From NCBI GenBank assembly GCA_965202805.1, contig OZ241869.1:640001-704000 (forward strand): a DNA stretch of 64,000 nt, read 5' to 3'. Below the pieces are notes generated by a model. The model was not told where the DNA came from. It made no database searches and saw only the letters and a list, made by a program, of their open reading frames with translations. Positions within the stretch are counted from its first letter, which is position 1. Each line of letters opens with the position of its first letter. Origin of the DNA: Longimicrobiales bacterium. Its GTDB lineage: Bacteria; Gemmatimonadota; Gemmatimonadetes; Longimicrobiales; Gaopeijiaceae. Shown here in pieces: positions 1 to 9,305 of this stretch. A program made the translations under genes and the position numbers.

Positions 1-43
1 GTCTTGGCCGCTCTTCCCGCTCTCGTGCATTTTGGGTCTCCAT
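1..43 (-). CDS. Possible 5' end of a gene running off the left edge (METQNAREREERPR...)
   Basis: ATG at 43 (minus) stays open to the window edge, ~70 bp downstream of vapC copy 1. Too short to verify. Confidence 0.25.
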   Translation of the reverse strand, partial: METQNAREREERPR

Positions 44-114
44 GGTCGATGACGGACCCAAGGTAACTGCGGCACTCCTGACCCGATACGGCAATGGCCA
101 AGGGTAGCCCCCCC

Positions 115-552
115 TCACCCCCTCACCGGATCCACCACCCTCAGGAACGGAAACCGGTGGAACCCGGTGTCCCGCGTGCAGATCCGGCTCACCCCGTGCT
201 CGCGCATGAGCACCGCGGTGTGCAGGTCGTACATCTGGTTCCCGCGGATGTCGGGCAGCTCCGCCACGGTCTGCTCGAGGATCGCCGAGTGACGGCGGGT
301 CGCGACCAGCATCTCGAACCCCGGTGAGTCCACCAGGGCGGCGATGAAGCGCCGGGCCTCCCCCGGCGTCCAGGGCGAGCGGAACACCCGCCGGTGGGTG
401 CTCACCCGCAGGAACTCGTAGCAGATGTTCCAGGTCAGGAAGGCGGGCGACGGATCGCGCCGGGCTCTCTCGATCCAGCGGCGGCAAGGCTCACGGTACT
501 CGGAGTCCTCGTCCGCCGCGTAGAGGAGCACGTTGGTGTCGAAAACCAGCAC
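115..552 (-). CDS. vapC: VapC-family PIN-domain ribonuclease toxin (copy 1)
   Basis: N-terminal VFDTNVLLYA PIN motif, acidic residues in YEFLR, YDLH and TRDTGF; 145 aa; abuts the antitoxin stop. Confidence 0.93.
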   Translation of the reverse strand: MLVFDTNVLLYAADEDSEYREPCRRWIERARRDPSPAFLTWNICYEFLRVSTHRRVFRSPWTPGEARRFIAALVDSPGFEMLVATRRHSAILEQTVAELPDIRGNQMYDLHTAVLMREHGVSRICTRDTGFHRFPFLRVVDPVRG

Positions 553-792
553 TCACTCGTCCTCCATCGCGCGGTAGAGCTCTTCGCGATCGCTGATGTC
601 CACCAGCTGTCCGCCGCTGCTCCAGGAGGGCAGGGGGGGCAGGTCGCCGGTCTCTCCTCCGGCGGCGTCGGGGTCGGCGAGGACGATCCGCAGCCCCGCT
701 TCCACCAGCGCCGTCATCGTGGTGTCGCGCCGGGCCGCCTCCTGCCGGAGGCACCGCATGAGGGTGTCGTCGATGTTCAGGGTCGTCTTCAT
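553..792 (-). CDS. vapB: VapB-type (RHH/CopG-like) antitoxin (copy 1)
   Basis: MKTTLNIDDTLM...EAARRDTTMTALVEAGLR RHH-like N-terminus directly upstream of vapC. Alternative start at 804. Confidence 0.88.
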   Translation of the reverse strand: MKTTLNIDDTLMRCLRQEAARRDTTMTALVEAGLRIVLADPDAAGGETGDLPPLPSWSSGGQLVDISDREELYRAMEDE

Positions 793-825
793 ATGGATTA
801 CCATATCCCCGATATGGGAATATGG
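791..825. promoter_or_regulatory. Putative vapBC autoregulatory operator (four ATATGG/CCATAT half-sites)
   Basis: ATATGG-N4-CCATAT-N5-ATATGG-N2-ATATGG overlapping the antitoxin start; AT-rich in a GC-rich context. Confidence 0.7.
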
Positions 826-984
826 CAACGGCTCGCCTGTTGAGAAGAGATGGGGACGGCGTATGGAGATGAGGACGGTGGGGGTGGAAGTCCCGCAGAT
901 CGCTTGGCCGGCCCCGCGCATTGGTCGCTGCTCGGACGAGTAGGAATTCTGTCACCCTTTTCGCGGGCTGGTCGGCAGCTGTTG

Positions 985-1138
985 CACCCCCGCCCCCCGC
1001 GCCCGCCGCACATAGCTGCCGACCGTGCTTGTGGGAGATCCAGAGAATGGCCTCGATCCGCGGGTGGCTTGGGCCGAGTCCGTACTTCAGCCGGAGAACA
1101 TCTCGAATCTTGCGCATGGACAACTTCTTCCGGGCCAC
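985..1138 (-). pseudogene. istA: IS21 transposase IstA N-terminal fragment, frameshifted and truncated
   Basis: MARKKLSMRKIRDVLRLKYGLG...ISH, then after a 1-nt frameshift STVGSYVRRARGAG, which matches the IstA HTH consensus. No DDE domain follows. Confidence 0.75.
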
Positions 1139-1336
1139 CGTCTTCCTTCTCGCTCAAGGATCGCTCGCGAGGTTGGGAAGAACATCCCGGGCTGGCCACA
1201 ATCGACGGCGCATCTAGCTGGACGAAACACGTCGGAATGGGTGGACAGCATCCATCGAAACGAGTGGAGGAAATGAATAGGGAACCAGTGGACCGCATCC
1301 GTCGGAATGAGTGGTCGAAATGCGTCGGAGTCAGCA
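985..1336 (-). mobile_element. IS21-family remnant: left end with ~23-bp repeats plus 5' fragment of istA
   Basis: Minus strand begins TGCTGACTCCGACGCATTTCGACCACTCATTCCGAC at 1336. GTGG-cored repeats at 1241, 1264, 1288 and 1311 resemble IS21 transposase-binding sites, and an IstA-like N-terminus follows. Confidence 0.78.
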
Positions 1337-1357
1337 GCAGGCTCCGGTGCTGAAGGT

Positions 1358-4102
1358 TCATTCCTCCGCCCGCACGCGCCGCCCTAGCTCGTTCACGAAG
1401 TCCAGGCTCTTCCTCGGAATCAGAACGTTGCGGGCCAATCGGAGTTTTTCCTCCAGGAGGTCGTGGAGGTGTTCCTCGACAGACTTCGAGCCTCGTCCCT
1501 CAACGACAGGGTAGTGTACCGTTACCGGACGATCTTGCCCGATCCGGTGCACTCTGTCAGTCGCCTGATTCTCCTTGGCTGGATTCCAGAGGCGCGTGTA
1601 GTGGATGACATGGGTAGCGCCAGTAATGTTCAGGCCGACACCGGCCGCCTCGGGTGACAGGATCAGCAGGTCGAACCTGCTACCACGGTTGAACGCTTCA
1701 ACGATTTCATGCCGATTGAGGCCCGCAACTTCCCCATTCAGGACACTGGGATGGAAGCCAAAGCGACTGGTGACCACCGCTTGGATGATTCGCTGCATGA
1801 TCTTGAAGCGGGTGTAGACGACCGCTTTCTCGCCAAGGGTGCGTACCTCATCGAGGATGTCCATGGTGCGTCTAAGTTTCGGAGCATCTCTCAGGAGTCG
1901 GTCAACGTCCGGTAGATCGGGGCCCTGGTCTACGATTGCCGGGTGCGAGCAGACTGCGATTAGCCGTTGCAGCCCCGCCAGCGCCATGATGGTCCCGTCC
2001 TTGACACCGCCTTGGATTTGGGAATAGAGGGCCGCCTGGCGTTCGCTCATGGGCACACGGTAGGTGCGGGCGTTCTTGGGTGGGAGCGCCAGTACTGCCT
2101 CCTTGGTGCGACGCACATAGTGGGGGTTTAGCCGCGCTCTCAGCCGTGCGACGTGGCCGCTTTCATCGCCGTCCTGATCTAAGGCGTCGACAAGGGGGCG
2201 CTCGAATTCGTCCCGGAACTCTGCACCGCTGCCCAGGCGGCCGGGCTGTGCGAAGTCCATGATGCACCACAATTCGGAGAGTCCATTCTCTACCGGCGTT
2301 CCAGTGCATGCGATCCGAAAGGAGGCCTTCATGCCCTTGATCGCGCTTGTGACGTTCGCAGTAGGGTTCTTCACGTTCTGGGCTTCGTCGCAGGCTACGA
2401 ACATCCAGTCCACTTTACCGAGCATGAGTTGGTCCCGCCGCAGCGTGGCGTAGGTGGTGATCACGAGTTCATGCTGGGCGAGACGAACCGGGTCTCGTTC
2501 CCTGAGAGGACCTCGATGCTCGTAAGCAGGCTCGATTCCCGGCGCAAACCGTTTCAACTCCTTCTTCCAATTCACGATTACGGACAAGGGTACAACCAGC
2601 AAGGCAGGCTTCAGCCTGCCGCAATCATGCAAGTGTGACATGAAGGCGATCAGCTGCACCGTTTTTCCGAGTCCCATGTCATCGGCCAGAAGGCCACCCC
2701 AACCGTTCTCATGCAGGTATCTCATCCACCTGTATCCGACTTCCTGATGCGGGTACAGTGTGGCGCGTAGTGCCTGCGGCGCGTCATAGCTGGGAAGCTT
2801 GGGCAACGGGGTTGATTCGTCGTCGGACTCGTCGTATTCCAACACCTCCGTGTTGGAGATAACGTCAAGAACGAGCTGAACCTCGCGCTCCTCGATCCTG
2901 CGCTTGCCGTCGCCATCCGTATCGGGATGGTCATCGCAGAACTCCAAGAAGCGTTTGGCTCGTTCGGGGTCAACCTCCATCCAGCCGTTTCGGTATCTCA
3001 CATAGCGCTCTCCGCTCGCAATAGACTGCTCCGCGAGTTCACGGAACTCTTCCGGGGACATCTCTTCAGCCAGTTGTTCATCCGACGTGCCGAGTTCCTC
3101 TTCGCCGGCTTGCTCGGTGATCTCAACCGAAGGACTTGCGTCGAACCAGCCGCGACGCTTTGCTCGCGTCACCGAGATATAGGGTTGGGAGCGGTAGCGT
3201 ACCGGAATCAGGCCACGCACCCTGTCACTGAAGTGGGCGAGCTCGACATCGACGGCGTCAGGCAGGAATGCCTCGGGATTGTCAAAGAACCTGGGGACAT
3301 CGGGTCCGCTCAGAATCGCGTTTCCTTGAAGGTGCCTGACAGCTTCGCGTTGGTCTTGCCTCAGCACCAGGCGTCGACGCCCGCCCGCGGCCAGGAACTG
3401 CGTGTAGACAGATTTGGCTGGACCGTCGGAGAAGCTTGGGAAGTCGCTCTCGTCAACTCCCCGCGCAGTCGGAGACAGCTTGATCTCCTCCGGCGATGTC
3501 ACTTCCACACCGACGCTGATACCGTCGGGGACGATGTGCTCTTCCCTCTTGAGAAAGTCATCGAGAGCGACTCGCTTTGACTGCCTTGCTAGCCGCTTGG
3601 CCTCTGCGATACGGAGGGTTCGATCAGAGACAGCTTTGGGGAGTTGTTCGTCCAGTAGGAGAACCAACTCTCCGATCGGTCGAGGCGGCAATGCCGGGCC
3701 TTGCGGTGTTTCAAACAGGAGCCCTGTGCGCTGGTCTGCAGGCAAGAGGTGATAGCCGGTCGCATCCGAGACATGGAGTTCAACCCAGAGTCGGAAATCC
3801 CGCTTGGTTGGCCAGAGATAGGTCTGTAGTTTGCCGAAGAATCGGTCGTCTGGCTGAGGAATCCCCAAGAGATCTCGGTCTTCCTTGTCAAGTTCGTAGA
3901 CATAAGGCCAGGGCAGGACAACCGTGGACGCAGCCTGCTTGACCAGATTACAGCCCCAGAGTTCCTCAAGCAGCCGGATCACTGGCACACCCCCTGCTGC
4001 GGAACCAGGGGCAAGGGGAAAGGTCGGTATGGGTACGCCGTCGTGATCAAGGAACTCGATTCCTGCTTGGACAGGCTTCCAACGTAACCCTTGGCCCTTC
4101 AT
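1358..4102 (-). CDS. zorD: Zorya type I ZorD, SNF2-family helicase/ATPase
   Basis: LADDMGLGKT (Walker A), DEAQ, TGTPVEN, GVGLN and QATDRVHRIGQ motifs. ATG at 4102 overlaps the zorC stop (ATGA). Last gene of the zorABC operon. Confidence 0.88.
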   Translation of the reverse strand: MKGQGLRWKPVQAGIEFLDHDGVPIPTFPLAPGSAAGGVPVIRLLEELWGCNLVKQAASTVVLPWPYVYELDKEDRDLLGIPQPDDRFFGKLQTYLWPTKRDFRLWVELHVSDATGYHLLPADQRTGLLFETPQGPALPPRPIGELVLLLDEQLPKAVSDRTLRIAEAKRLARQSKRVALDDFLKREEHIVPDGISVGVEVTSPEEIKLSPTARGVDESDFPSFSDGPAKSVYTQFLAAGGRRRLVLRQDQREAVRHLQGNAILSGPDVPRFFDNPEAFLPDAVDVELAHFSDRVRGLIPVRYRSQPYISVTRAKRRGWFDASPSVEITEQAGEEELGTSDEQLAEEMSPEEFRELAEQSIASGERYVRYRNGWMEVDPERAKRFLEFCDDHPDTDGDGKRRIEEREVQLVLDVISNTEVLEYDESDDESTPLPKLPSYDAPQALRATLYPHQEVGYRWMRYLHENGWGGLLADDMGLGKTVQLIAFMSHLHDCGRLKPALLVVPLSVIVNWKKELKRFAPGIEPAYEHRGPLRERDPVRLAQHELVITTYATLRRDQLMLGKVDWMFVACDEAQNVKNPTANVTSAIKGMKASFRIACTGTPVENGLSELWCIMDFAQPGRLGSGAEFRDEFERPLVDALDQDGDESGHVARLRARLNPHYVRRTKEAVLALPPKNARTYRVPMSERQAALYSQIQGGVKDGTIMALAGLQRLIAVCSHPAIVDQGPDLPDVDRLLRDAPKLRRTMDILDEVRTLGEKAVVYTRFKIMQRIIQAVVTSRFGFHPSVLNGEVAGLNRHEIVEAFNRGSRFDLLILSPEAAGVGLNITGATHVIHYTRLWNPAKENQATDRVHRIGQDRPVTVHYPVVEGRGSKSVEEHLHDLLEEKLRLARNVLIPRKSLDFVNELGRRVRAEE

Positions 4103-5322
4103 GAGTACCCTGTCTTCCATGCCTTCAAGATGCGCCGAGCCTTGGGTTGCCATTTGGCATGATGAATGATCCGATTGTCTGAATGTTGCGGGATCGGCTG
4201 CGGCAGAATCTTCTTAATCTGCGACGGAGTCCCGAACGTTGTCCGTTGTCGAATGCGTTCCAGGATCGGATCGCCGTCAGGATAGATGTACGCGGCATTG
4301 CCGACCCTGAAGAACTCGAGGACCGAATAGCCCGGAAAGTCGATCAACGACCACTCCGAATCGCCGGCGAACCCGTGGGAAACGTCGAGCATTTCCCGTC
4401 GCATTGCCATCCAGAATCTGTGGCGTGCCGAGTCTCCCCTGAATGCGCGGTCGAGCGCCCGTGAAATAAAATACTCTCGAAAGTCTCCTTTTCGCCTATT
4501 GGACACTCGCTTCCAGTAGTTCGGCCGGGAATCACGAGCCCCAGGGAGTCCGTAGCTTCTTCGAATACTGTCCAGCGCGTTTCTGCTCTCATCCCAATAA
4601 GAGGGATCAACACGTTCGATATAATTCACGCAAGCTTCCTTCCGGCCCTCTCCGGACATCTCGCTCCATCCGTCGAGAACATCTTCTTCCGACATCCGAA
4701 GCAGTTGCCCACTTGAGCCCATCTGAAGAGTTCGGTGAAAGATCCGCTTGATCAATGGGGTGTCGGGGTTAAAGGGAGAAGCGGGGAGCATTGCCAAGTT
4801 CTCCCATCCGATGTCCTGACTCGCCGTCCAGCGGACGATGGCGTCAAGCGGCATCTCGTTCTGCAGCCAATTGGCGCCCTCCTCCGCGTAGCGTTCTCCC
4901 ATGGCAGGCTCCAATCCGAAGCGCTCGCTCATGGCCAGGAGCAGGGTCAGGACCTGCGGTGTTAGAGGGTGTTGTTGCCACGCCTTCCATAGAGCTGGGA
5001 CAAACGTTCGCTTGGGTCGTACCTCGGCCATTAGGCAGATCTCACGGCGAAGATCCCTCCACGTCCCGATAGACCGAACCACGCCTCGCAGTTCGCGTGG
5101 GGTGAGTGCGGCGGCCAGTCTGCGAAGTTCGCGTTCGGCGTCTCGGTGTTGCGCCGCTGCCGCGACTCGATCCCTGAGCGAGGTTGTTTCCGAGCCGCTC
5201 AGTTCTCGGGGCTCCGCTCGAGTTCCGGGATGACGCTGTTGGATGTTGCGTCGTACCGCCGGGAGCTTGGTGGGGCTGAAAGCCCACACATCTTGTAACG
5301 ACCTCACTGTGTCTGCTCGCAT
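4099..5322 (-). CDS. zorC: Zorya type I ZorC (EH-signature-like domain)
   Basis: C-terminal RHRFW...IDFPGYSVLEFFRVGNAAYIY...IIH pattern; lies between the MotB-like gene and the SNF2 gene. Confidence 0.82.
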   Translation of the reverse strand: MRADTVRSLQDVWAFSPTKLPAVRRNIQQRHPGTRAEPRELSGSETTSLRDRVAAAAQHRDAERELRRLAAALTPRELRGVVRSIGTWRDLRREICLMAEVRPKRTFVPALWKAWQQHPLTPQVLTLLLAMSERFGLEPAMGERYAEEGANWLQNEMPLDAIVRWTASQDIGWENLAMLPASPFNPDTPLIKRIFHRTLQMGSSGQLLRMSEEDVLDGWSEMSGEGRKEACVNYIERVDPSYWDESRNALDSIRRSYGLPGARDSRPNYWKRVSNRRKGDFREYFISRALDRAFRGDSARHRFWMAMRREMLDVSHGFAGDSEWSLIDFPGYSVLEFFRVGNAAYIYPDGDPILERIRQRTTFGTPSQIKKILPQPIPQHSDNRIIHHAKWQPKARRILKAWKTGYS

Positions 5323-6059
5323 TGCGGATCGATTAGGATTGCGCCAAGCTCGAGCACTCGTTGAGCAAGTGTCTCGTCGTCCATCTGGAACCGAATCTCG
5401 ATCCTTCGAGAACCCACTCTATCGACCCTGCCGTCGGGGAGTAGCTTCAGATCGGCGAAAGAACGCCCGTTCGCAGTGACGAACTCCTTGAGGTCATCCT
5501 CATATGTTCCGGCTTCTTCCAACAGCACCTGCATGACGGCCATTGAACGGGCGTGCGACAACCCTAGGTTCAACTCGTAAGTTCCGTCGTCGTTCGTATG
5601 CCCCTCAACGACGATCCTATTCAGTTGCTCCCGGAAATCTTGATCCTCTAGCAACAGGGGGAAGTAGTCCCTCGCGAACGAGGCCAACTCTCTCCGCCCG
5701 TCCTGTGACACTTCCGCGCTCGCCTGCTCGAAGAGCAGACTACCGGCAAAGTGGACTGTGCCCGCGGAGTCCACGGTCACTCGCATGCTGTCGTTCACGG
5801 AGTCACCGTCAAAACGCTCCCGAAGGGTGCCAACGACCCGTTGGCGGGTATCCAGTAGTTCCTTGATCGTGTCAGCCGTAGCTTCGTATACGACCAGTTG
5901 ACACTCCCGAGTACCTTGCTGAAAAAGGGCTGCCATGAGCATGAGGGCGAACACCATGAGCAATCCGGCCATGAGATCGCTGTAGCTCAGCCAATAGTCC
6001 AGCTCTGTGCCCGAAGACCCCGTGGTCGTTCGCCGTCCGAACAACGGCCGCGCCATCAT
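5304..6059 (-). CDS. zorB: Zorya ZorB, MotB/OmpA-family stator subunit
   Basis: YWLSYSDLMAGLLMVF TM helix with the conserved Asp; OmpA-like VEGHTNDDG...NLGLSHARS...RRIEI; ATGA overlap with the zorA stop. Confidence 0.9.
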   Translation of the reverse strand: MMARPLFGRRTTTGSSGTELDYWLSYSDLMAGLLMVFALMLMAALFQQGTRECQLVVYEATADTIKELLDTRQRVVGTLRERFDGDSVNDSMRVTVDSAGTVHFAGSLLFEQASAEVSQDGRRELASFARDYFPLLLEDQDFREQLNRIVVEGHTNDDGTYELNLGLSHARSMAVMQVLLEEAGTYEDDLKEFVTANGRSFADLKLLPDGRVDRVGSRRIEIRFQMDDETLAQRVLELGAILIDPQCEQTQ

Positions 6060-8437
6060 CGACTCCGCCGGCGAGGGAGCCGGAAGAGCCAACGTATGAT
6101 ACCTCGTTTGGCGGTGCGCGGTTCGGCGGGTGCACTACTCGTATCCGGGGGTACCTTCCGATCCTCCACTGTTGTCTCGGGCATCTCTCCTACAGCTCGT
6201 CCTCCCTGGGCCCCGTCGCCAGCAGGCTCCCGCGGTGATTCCTCTTGCTCCCTAGTAGGTAGCGTTAGGCCGTCGTTCGATCTCACGCCCGGAGCCTGGT
6301 CATCGTCGCGCGTCTCGGCAACCGCTCGACGGCCACGGCGCCGAGACGGCTCGGCGTTCGTAGGCGTTCTGCCAGAGTCCCCATCCATGCGCTCCGGGGG
6401 CGGAGTAATGCCACCAACCTCCCGTCTCTGTTCGCCGCTGTCAGACCATCGCTGGGATGCCGCGCGCATCGTCTGGGCCAATTCGTCGATCGAGGCACGG
6501 ACATTCTTCATGGCTTCATTCATTGGGGCCACCTTCGCCGAGACGCTGTCTAGGCGTTCGGTGGCTCTTCCCGCCGACCTAATCGTCTCGTCAGCGCTGC
6601 GCTTGAGACCAGCACTCGCATTCTGGATTGACTCGACGAAGCCACCCATGCCATTGCTGATCTCCTGTGCCCTGGCAGGAAGTGACTCGCTCGCTTGTAG
6701 GAACTCCGTCCGCCCGGTATCCAGTCGTGCGGCGATTTCCCTAGCTGTCTTCTCGAACTCCTCGAGGCCTTGAGTAAGCGATTCTTGCTGTTGCCTGCCG
6801 GCCTCTTCCAAGCGGGTTGTGACATCGACCAGGCGAGTCGCGATCCCGGGAAACTCCTCAGTAGTCTCTCGCAGTTCGGCAAGAGTCCCGCCGAGGTGCT
6901 CGGCGACCCGACCCATTTCCGAGTCGAATGAGTGAAAGACCTCGGCAATCTTCTCGGCCGCCAAGCTCCGGAATTCAAGGATCTTGTCACCCAAATCCGA
7001 TGTCAGCGCCCGGAGATCCGTCCTCAAACCATCGAGCGCGTCCCGCTGTGCCGTCCAAGATGCGAAGAGTGCCTCAGCTGCCTCCTTTTGGGCCTCCATC
7101 TGCTGCCTGGATTCCCCAACGACACCCTCGGCCTCTTCCATGGTCTGCCGAGCCGCAACCCCAGCCCGCTCGATGGCTTGCTCCGATTCGGTCAACGCGG
7201 ACAAACCCCGGTCGAACGTGGCGGCAACGTTGGCCCCCCTGTCCAACACGTCCAACTGAGTCTTGGATACTTCTTCCAACAGGAGCATGAACGCTTCAAT
7301 CTCCCCCAGTGTTGCCAACTGATGAGCGCGAGCGCTCTTTATGGCTTCCCCAAAGCGGTGCAACTCTTCGCCAACATGAGAGACCAATGTATCGCGGAAT
7401 TCCGCAGCCATCCGCTCTAGAGCGTTTGTCTGACGCTCGCCCAGCTCGAGATTCAAGCTCTCGATCGGCTTCGTGATATGCTGCTCAATCAACGGCTCCA
7501 GTGCGCCCGCCATGTCTTGCCCCAAGGTCTGTATGCCACCCTTCACGCCATCCATTGCGGTGGCTATGTGCCCTAGAGTCTCTTGCGGCTGCTCGACAGG
7601 AAACAGGCGATTTGCGACGTCAACGAAATCTGCCAGGCTGGAAGCCAGTTTGCCCTTGGCCAGCCGGAACTCGAAGATCCACCAAATGGAGCCGGAAATG
7701 CCCACTATAGACGTGGAGAACGCGGTCGACATTCCTCCCATGAGAGTGTCGATGCCCAATCTCAGGTCTTCCGCCGACGGCGCACCACCAGTGCCTCCCT
7801 CAGGAATACCAGCTAGCCCGATCGCGATCCCGACGAAGGTTCCCAAAAGGCCAACGGCAGTGAAGACGCCGGGGAGAGCATCTGGAATCGTTCCCCCTGT
7901 TCTGCTCAGAACCGACTCCCGGGTGAAAAAATCCGCAGAGGACGCGATTCCAACGGCCTGCCCTCGTTGCTCGCGACGGGTCGCGATCCAAGCCGTGGTG
8001 AACCGCTCCCACCGTTGGGAGAAACGCGGTTCTCGAGCAAACGCTCTTGGGAGTCGAGAACGATTCTTGCGCTCCGTCTTAGGTATGTCCTCCTGTTGGC
8101 TCTTGTATCGGGCCGCTTCGTTCGTTGCCGTTTGTTGCGTCACCGTGCGCTGGGATCCATCAGCACGCGTAGCCGTCTTTCCTTGAGTGTCGCGAACTCG
8201 TTGCTTCAGTTCATCCGCAGCGACGCCGAGCGTTTTCGCCGCCCGGGTGCGTGGAATCCTGTACCGGAGCATGGCCCAGGAAAACCCACTGAGGAGAAGA
8301 AGAAGGCATGTCCACGCTACGAGCGAATCCGAGTTGGAGACGGTCATGCTGGGCCCCAACCACGTCATGACCACAAGGCTCAAGATGCCGATGGAGATGA
8401 AGCCTAGGGAACTAAGTAGATTCCTGAGATAGAACAT
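6056..8437 (-). CDS. zorA: Zorya ZorA, MotA/TolQ/ExbB-like membrane protein with long coiled-coil tail
   Basis: LPGVFTAVGLLGTFVGIAIGL and GMSTAFSTSIVG TM motifs followed by a long helical tail; first gene of the four-gene operon. Confidence 0.9.
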   Translation of the reverse strand: MFYLRNLLSSLGFISIGILSLVVMTWLGPSMTVSNSDSLVAWTCLLLLLSGFSWAMLRYRIPRTRAAKTLGVAADELKQRVRDTQGKTATRADGSQRTVTQQTATNEAARYKSQQEDIPKTERKNRSRLPRAFAREPRFSQRWERFTTAWIATRREQRGQAVGIASSADFFTRESVLSRTGGTIPDALPGVFTAVGLLGTFVGIAIGLAGIPEGGTGGAPSAEDLRLGIDTLMGGMSTAFSTSIVGISGSIWWIFEFRLAKGKLASSLADFVDVANRLFPVEQPQETLGHIATAMDGVKGGIQTLGQDMAGALEPLIEQHITKPIESLNLELGERQTNALERMAAEFRDTLVSHVGEELHRFGEAIKSARAHQLATLGEIEAFMLLLEEVSKTQLDVLDRGANVAATFDRGLSALTESEQAIERAGVAARQTMEEAEGVVGESRQQMEAQKEAAEALFASWTAQRDALDGLRTDLRALTSDLGDKILEFRSLAAEKIAEVFHSFDSEMGRVAEHLGGTLAELRETTEEFPGIATRLVDVTTRLEEAGRQQQESLTQGLEEFEKTAREIAARLDTGRTEFLQASESLPARAQEISNGMGGFVESIQNASAGLKRSADETIRSAGRATERLDSVSAKVAPMNEAMKNVRASIDELAQTMRAASQRWSDSGEQRREVGGITPPPERMDGDSGRTPTNAEPSRRRGRRAVAETRDDDQAPGVRSNDGLTLPTREQEESPREPAGDGAQGGRAVGEMPETTVEDRKVPPDTSSAPAEPRTAKRGIIRWLFRLPRRRSR

Positions 8438-8594
8438 CGGCTGGCTTGGCGAAGACGTTGCTCGGGGCCCGAACTATGGACGGTTCGCGGAGGCGTAGCA
8501 AGGGAGCCCGATGGTGTCGGTCAGAGCGGCTAGTGCTAGTGCTGGCGGATCTTGTCCATCAAGGCCCGATACTGGAAACGTTCACGTTCCCCCC

Positions 8595-9032
8595 TCACCC
8601 CCTCACCGGATCCATCACCCTCAGGAACGGAAACCGGTGGAACCCGGTGTCCCGCGTGCAGATCCGGCTCACCCCGTGCTCGCGCATGAGCACCGCGGTG
8701 TGCAGGTCGTACATCTGGTTCCCGCGGATGTCGGGCAGCTCCGCCACGGTCTGCTCGAGGATCGCCGCGTGACGGCGCGTCGCGACCAGCATCTCGAATC
8801 CCGGTGAGTCCACCAGCGCGGCGATGAAGCGCCGGGCCTCCCCCGGCGTCCAGGGCGAGCGGAACACCCGCCGGTGGGTGCTCACCCGCAGGAACTCGTA
8901 GCAGGTGTTCCAGGTCAGGAAGGCGGGCGACGGATCGCGCCGGGCTCTCTCGATCCAGCGGCGGCAAGGCTCACGGTACTCGGAGTCCTCGTCCGCCGCG
9001 TAGAGGAGCACGTTGGTGTCGAAAACCAGCAC
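8595..9032 (-). CDS. vapC: VapC-family PIN toxin (copy 2)
   Basis: Intact, with 3 aa differences from copy 1. Confidence 0.93.
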   Translation of the reverse strand: MLVFDTNVLLYAADEDSEYREPCRRWIERARRDPSPAFLTWNTCYEFLRVSTHRRVFRSPWTPGEARRFIAALVDSPGFEMLVATRRHAAILEQTVAELPDIRGNQMYDLHTAVLMREHGVSRICTRDTGFHRFPFLRVMDPVRG

Positions 9033-9272
9033 TCACTCGTCCTCCATCGCGCGGTAGAGCTCCTCGCGATCGCTGATGTCCACCAGCTGCCCGCCGCTGC
9101 TCCAGGAGGGCAGGGGGGGCAGGTCGCCGGTCTCTCCCCCGGCGGCGTCGGGGTCGGCGAGGACGATCCGCAGCCCCGCTTCCACCAGCGCCGTCATCGT
9201 GGTGTCGCGCCGGGCCGCCTCCTGCCGCAGGCGCCGCATGAGGGTGTCATCGAGGTTCAGGGTCGTCTTCAT
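9033..9272 (-). CDS. vapB: VapB-type antitoxin (copy 2)
   Basis: Intact, with 2 aa differences from copy 1. Confidence 0.88.
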   Translation of the reverse strand: MKTTLNLDDTLMRRLRQEAARRDTTMTALVEAGLRIVLADPDAAGGETGDLPPLPSWSSGGQLVDISDREELYRAMEDE

Positions 9273-9305
9273 ATGGATTACCATATCGTCGATATGGGAA
9301 TATGG
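9271..9305. promoter_or_regulatory. Putative vapBC operator (copy 2)
   Basis: Same four ATATGG/CCATAT half-sites as 791..825. Confidence 0.7.

Larger units (their letters stand above)
109..830. repeat. Direct repeat copy 1 (entire vapBC module plus operator), 722 bp
   Basis: Aligns without gaps to 8589..9310 (offset 8480), with 15 substitutions by manual comparison. Confidence 0.97.

Noticed and set aside
491..1138. 215-aa ORF as an intact gene
   Set aside because: Only the first ~36 codons are IstA-like; the rest is out-of-frame read-through across vapB.
1218..1336. ~23-bp periodic repeats as a CRISPR array
   Set aside because: The repeats are degenerate, have no unique spacers and no cas genes; they fit IS21 terminal binding sites next to an istA fragment.
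5304..8437. Flagellar motAB or tolQ/exbB genes
   Set aside because: The very long ZorA tail, coupled zorC/zorD and absence of flagellar or tonB genes indicate Zorya.
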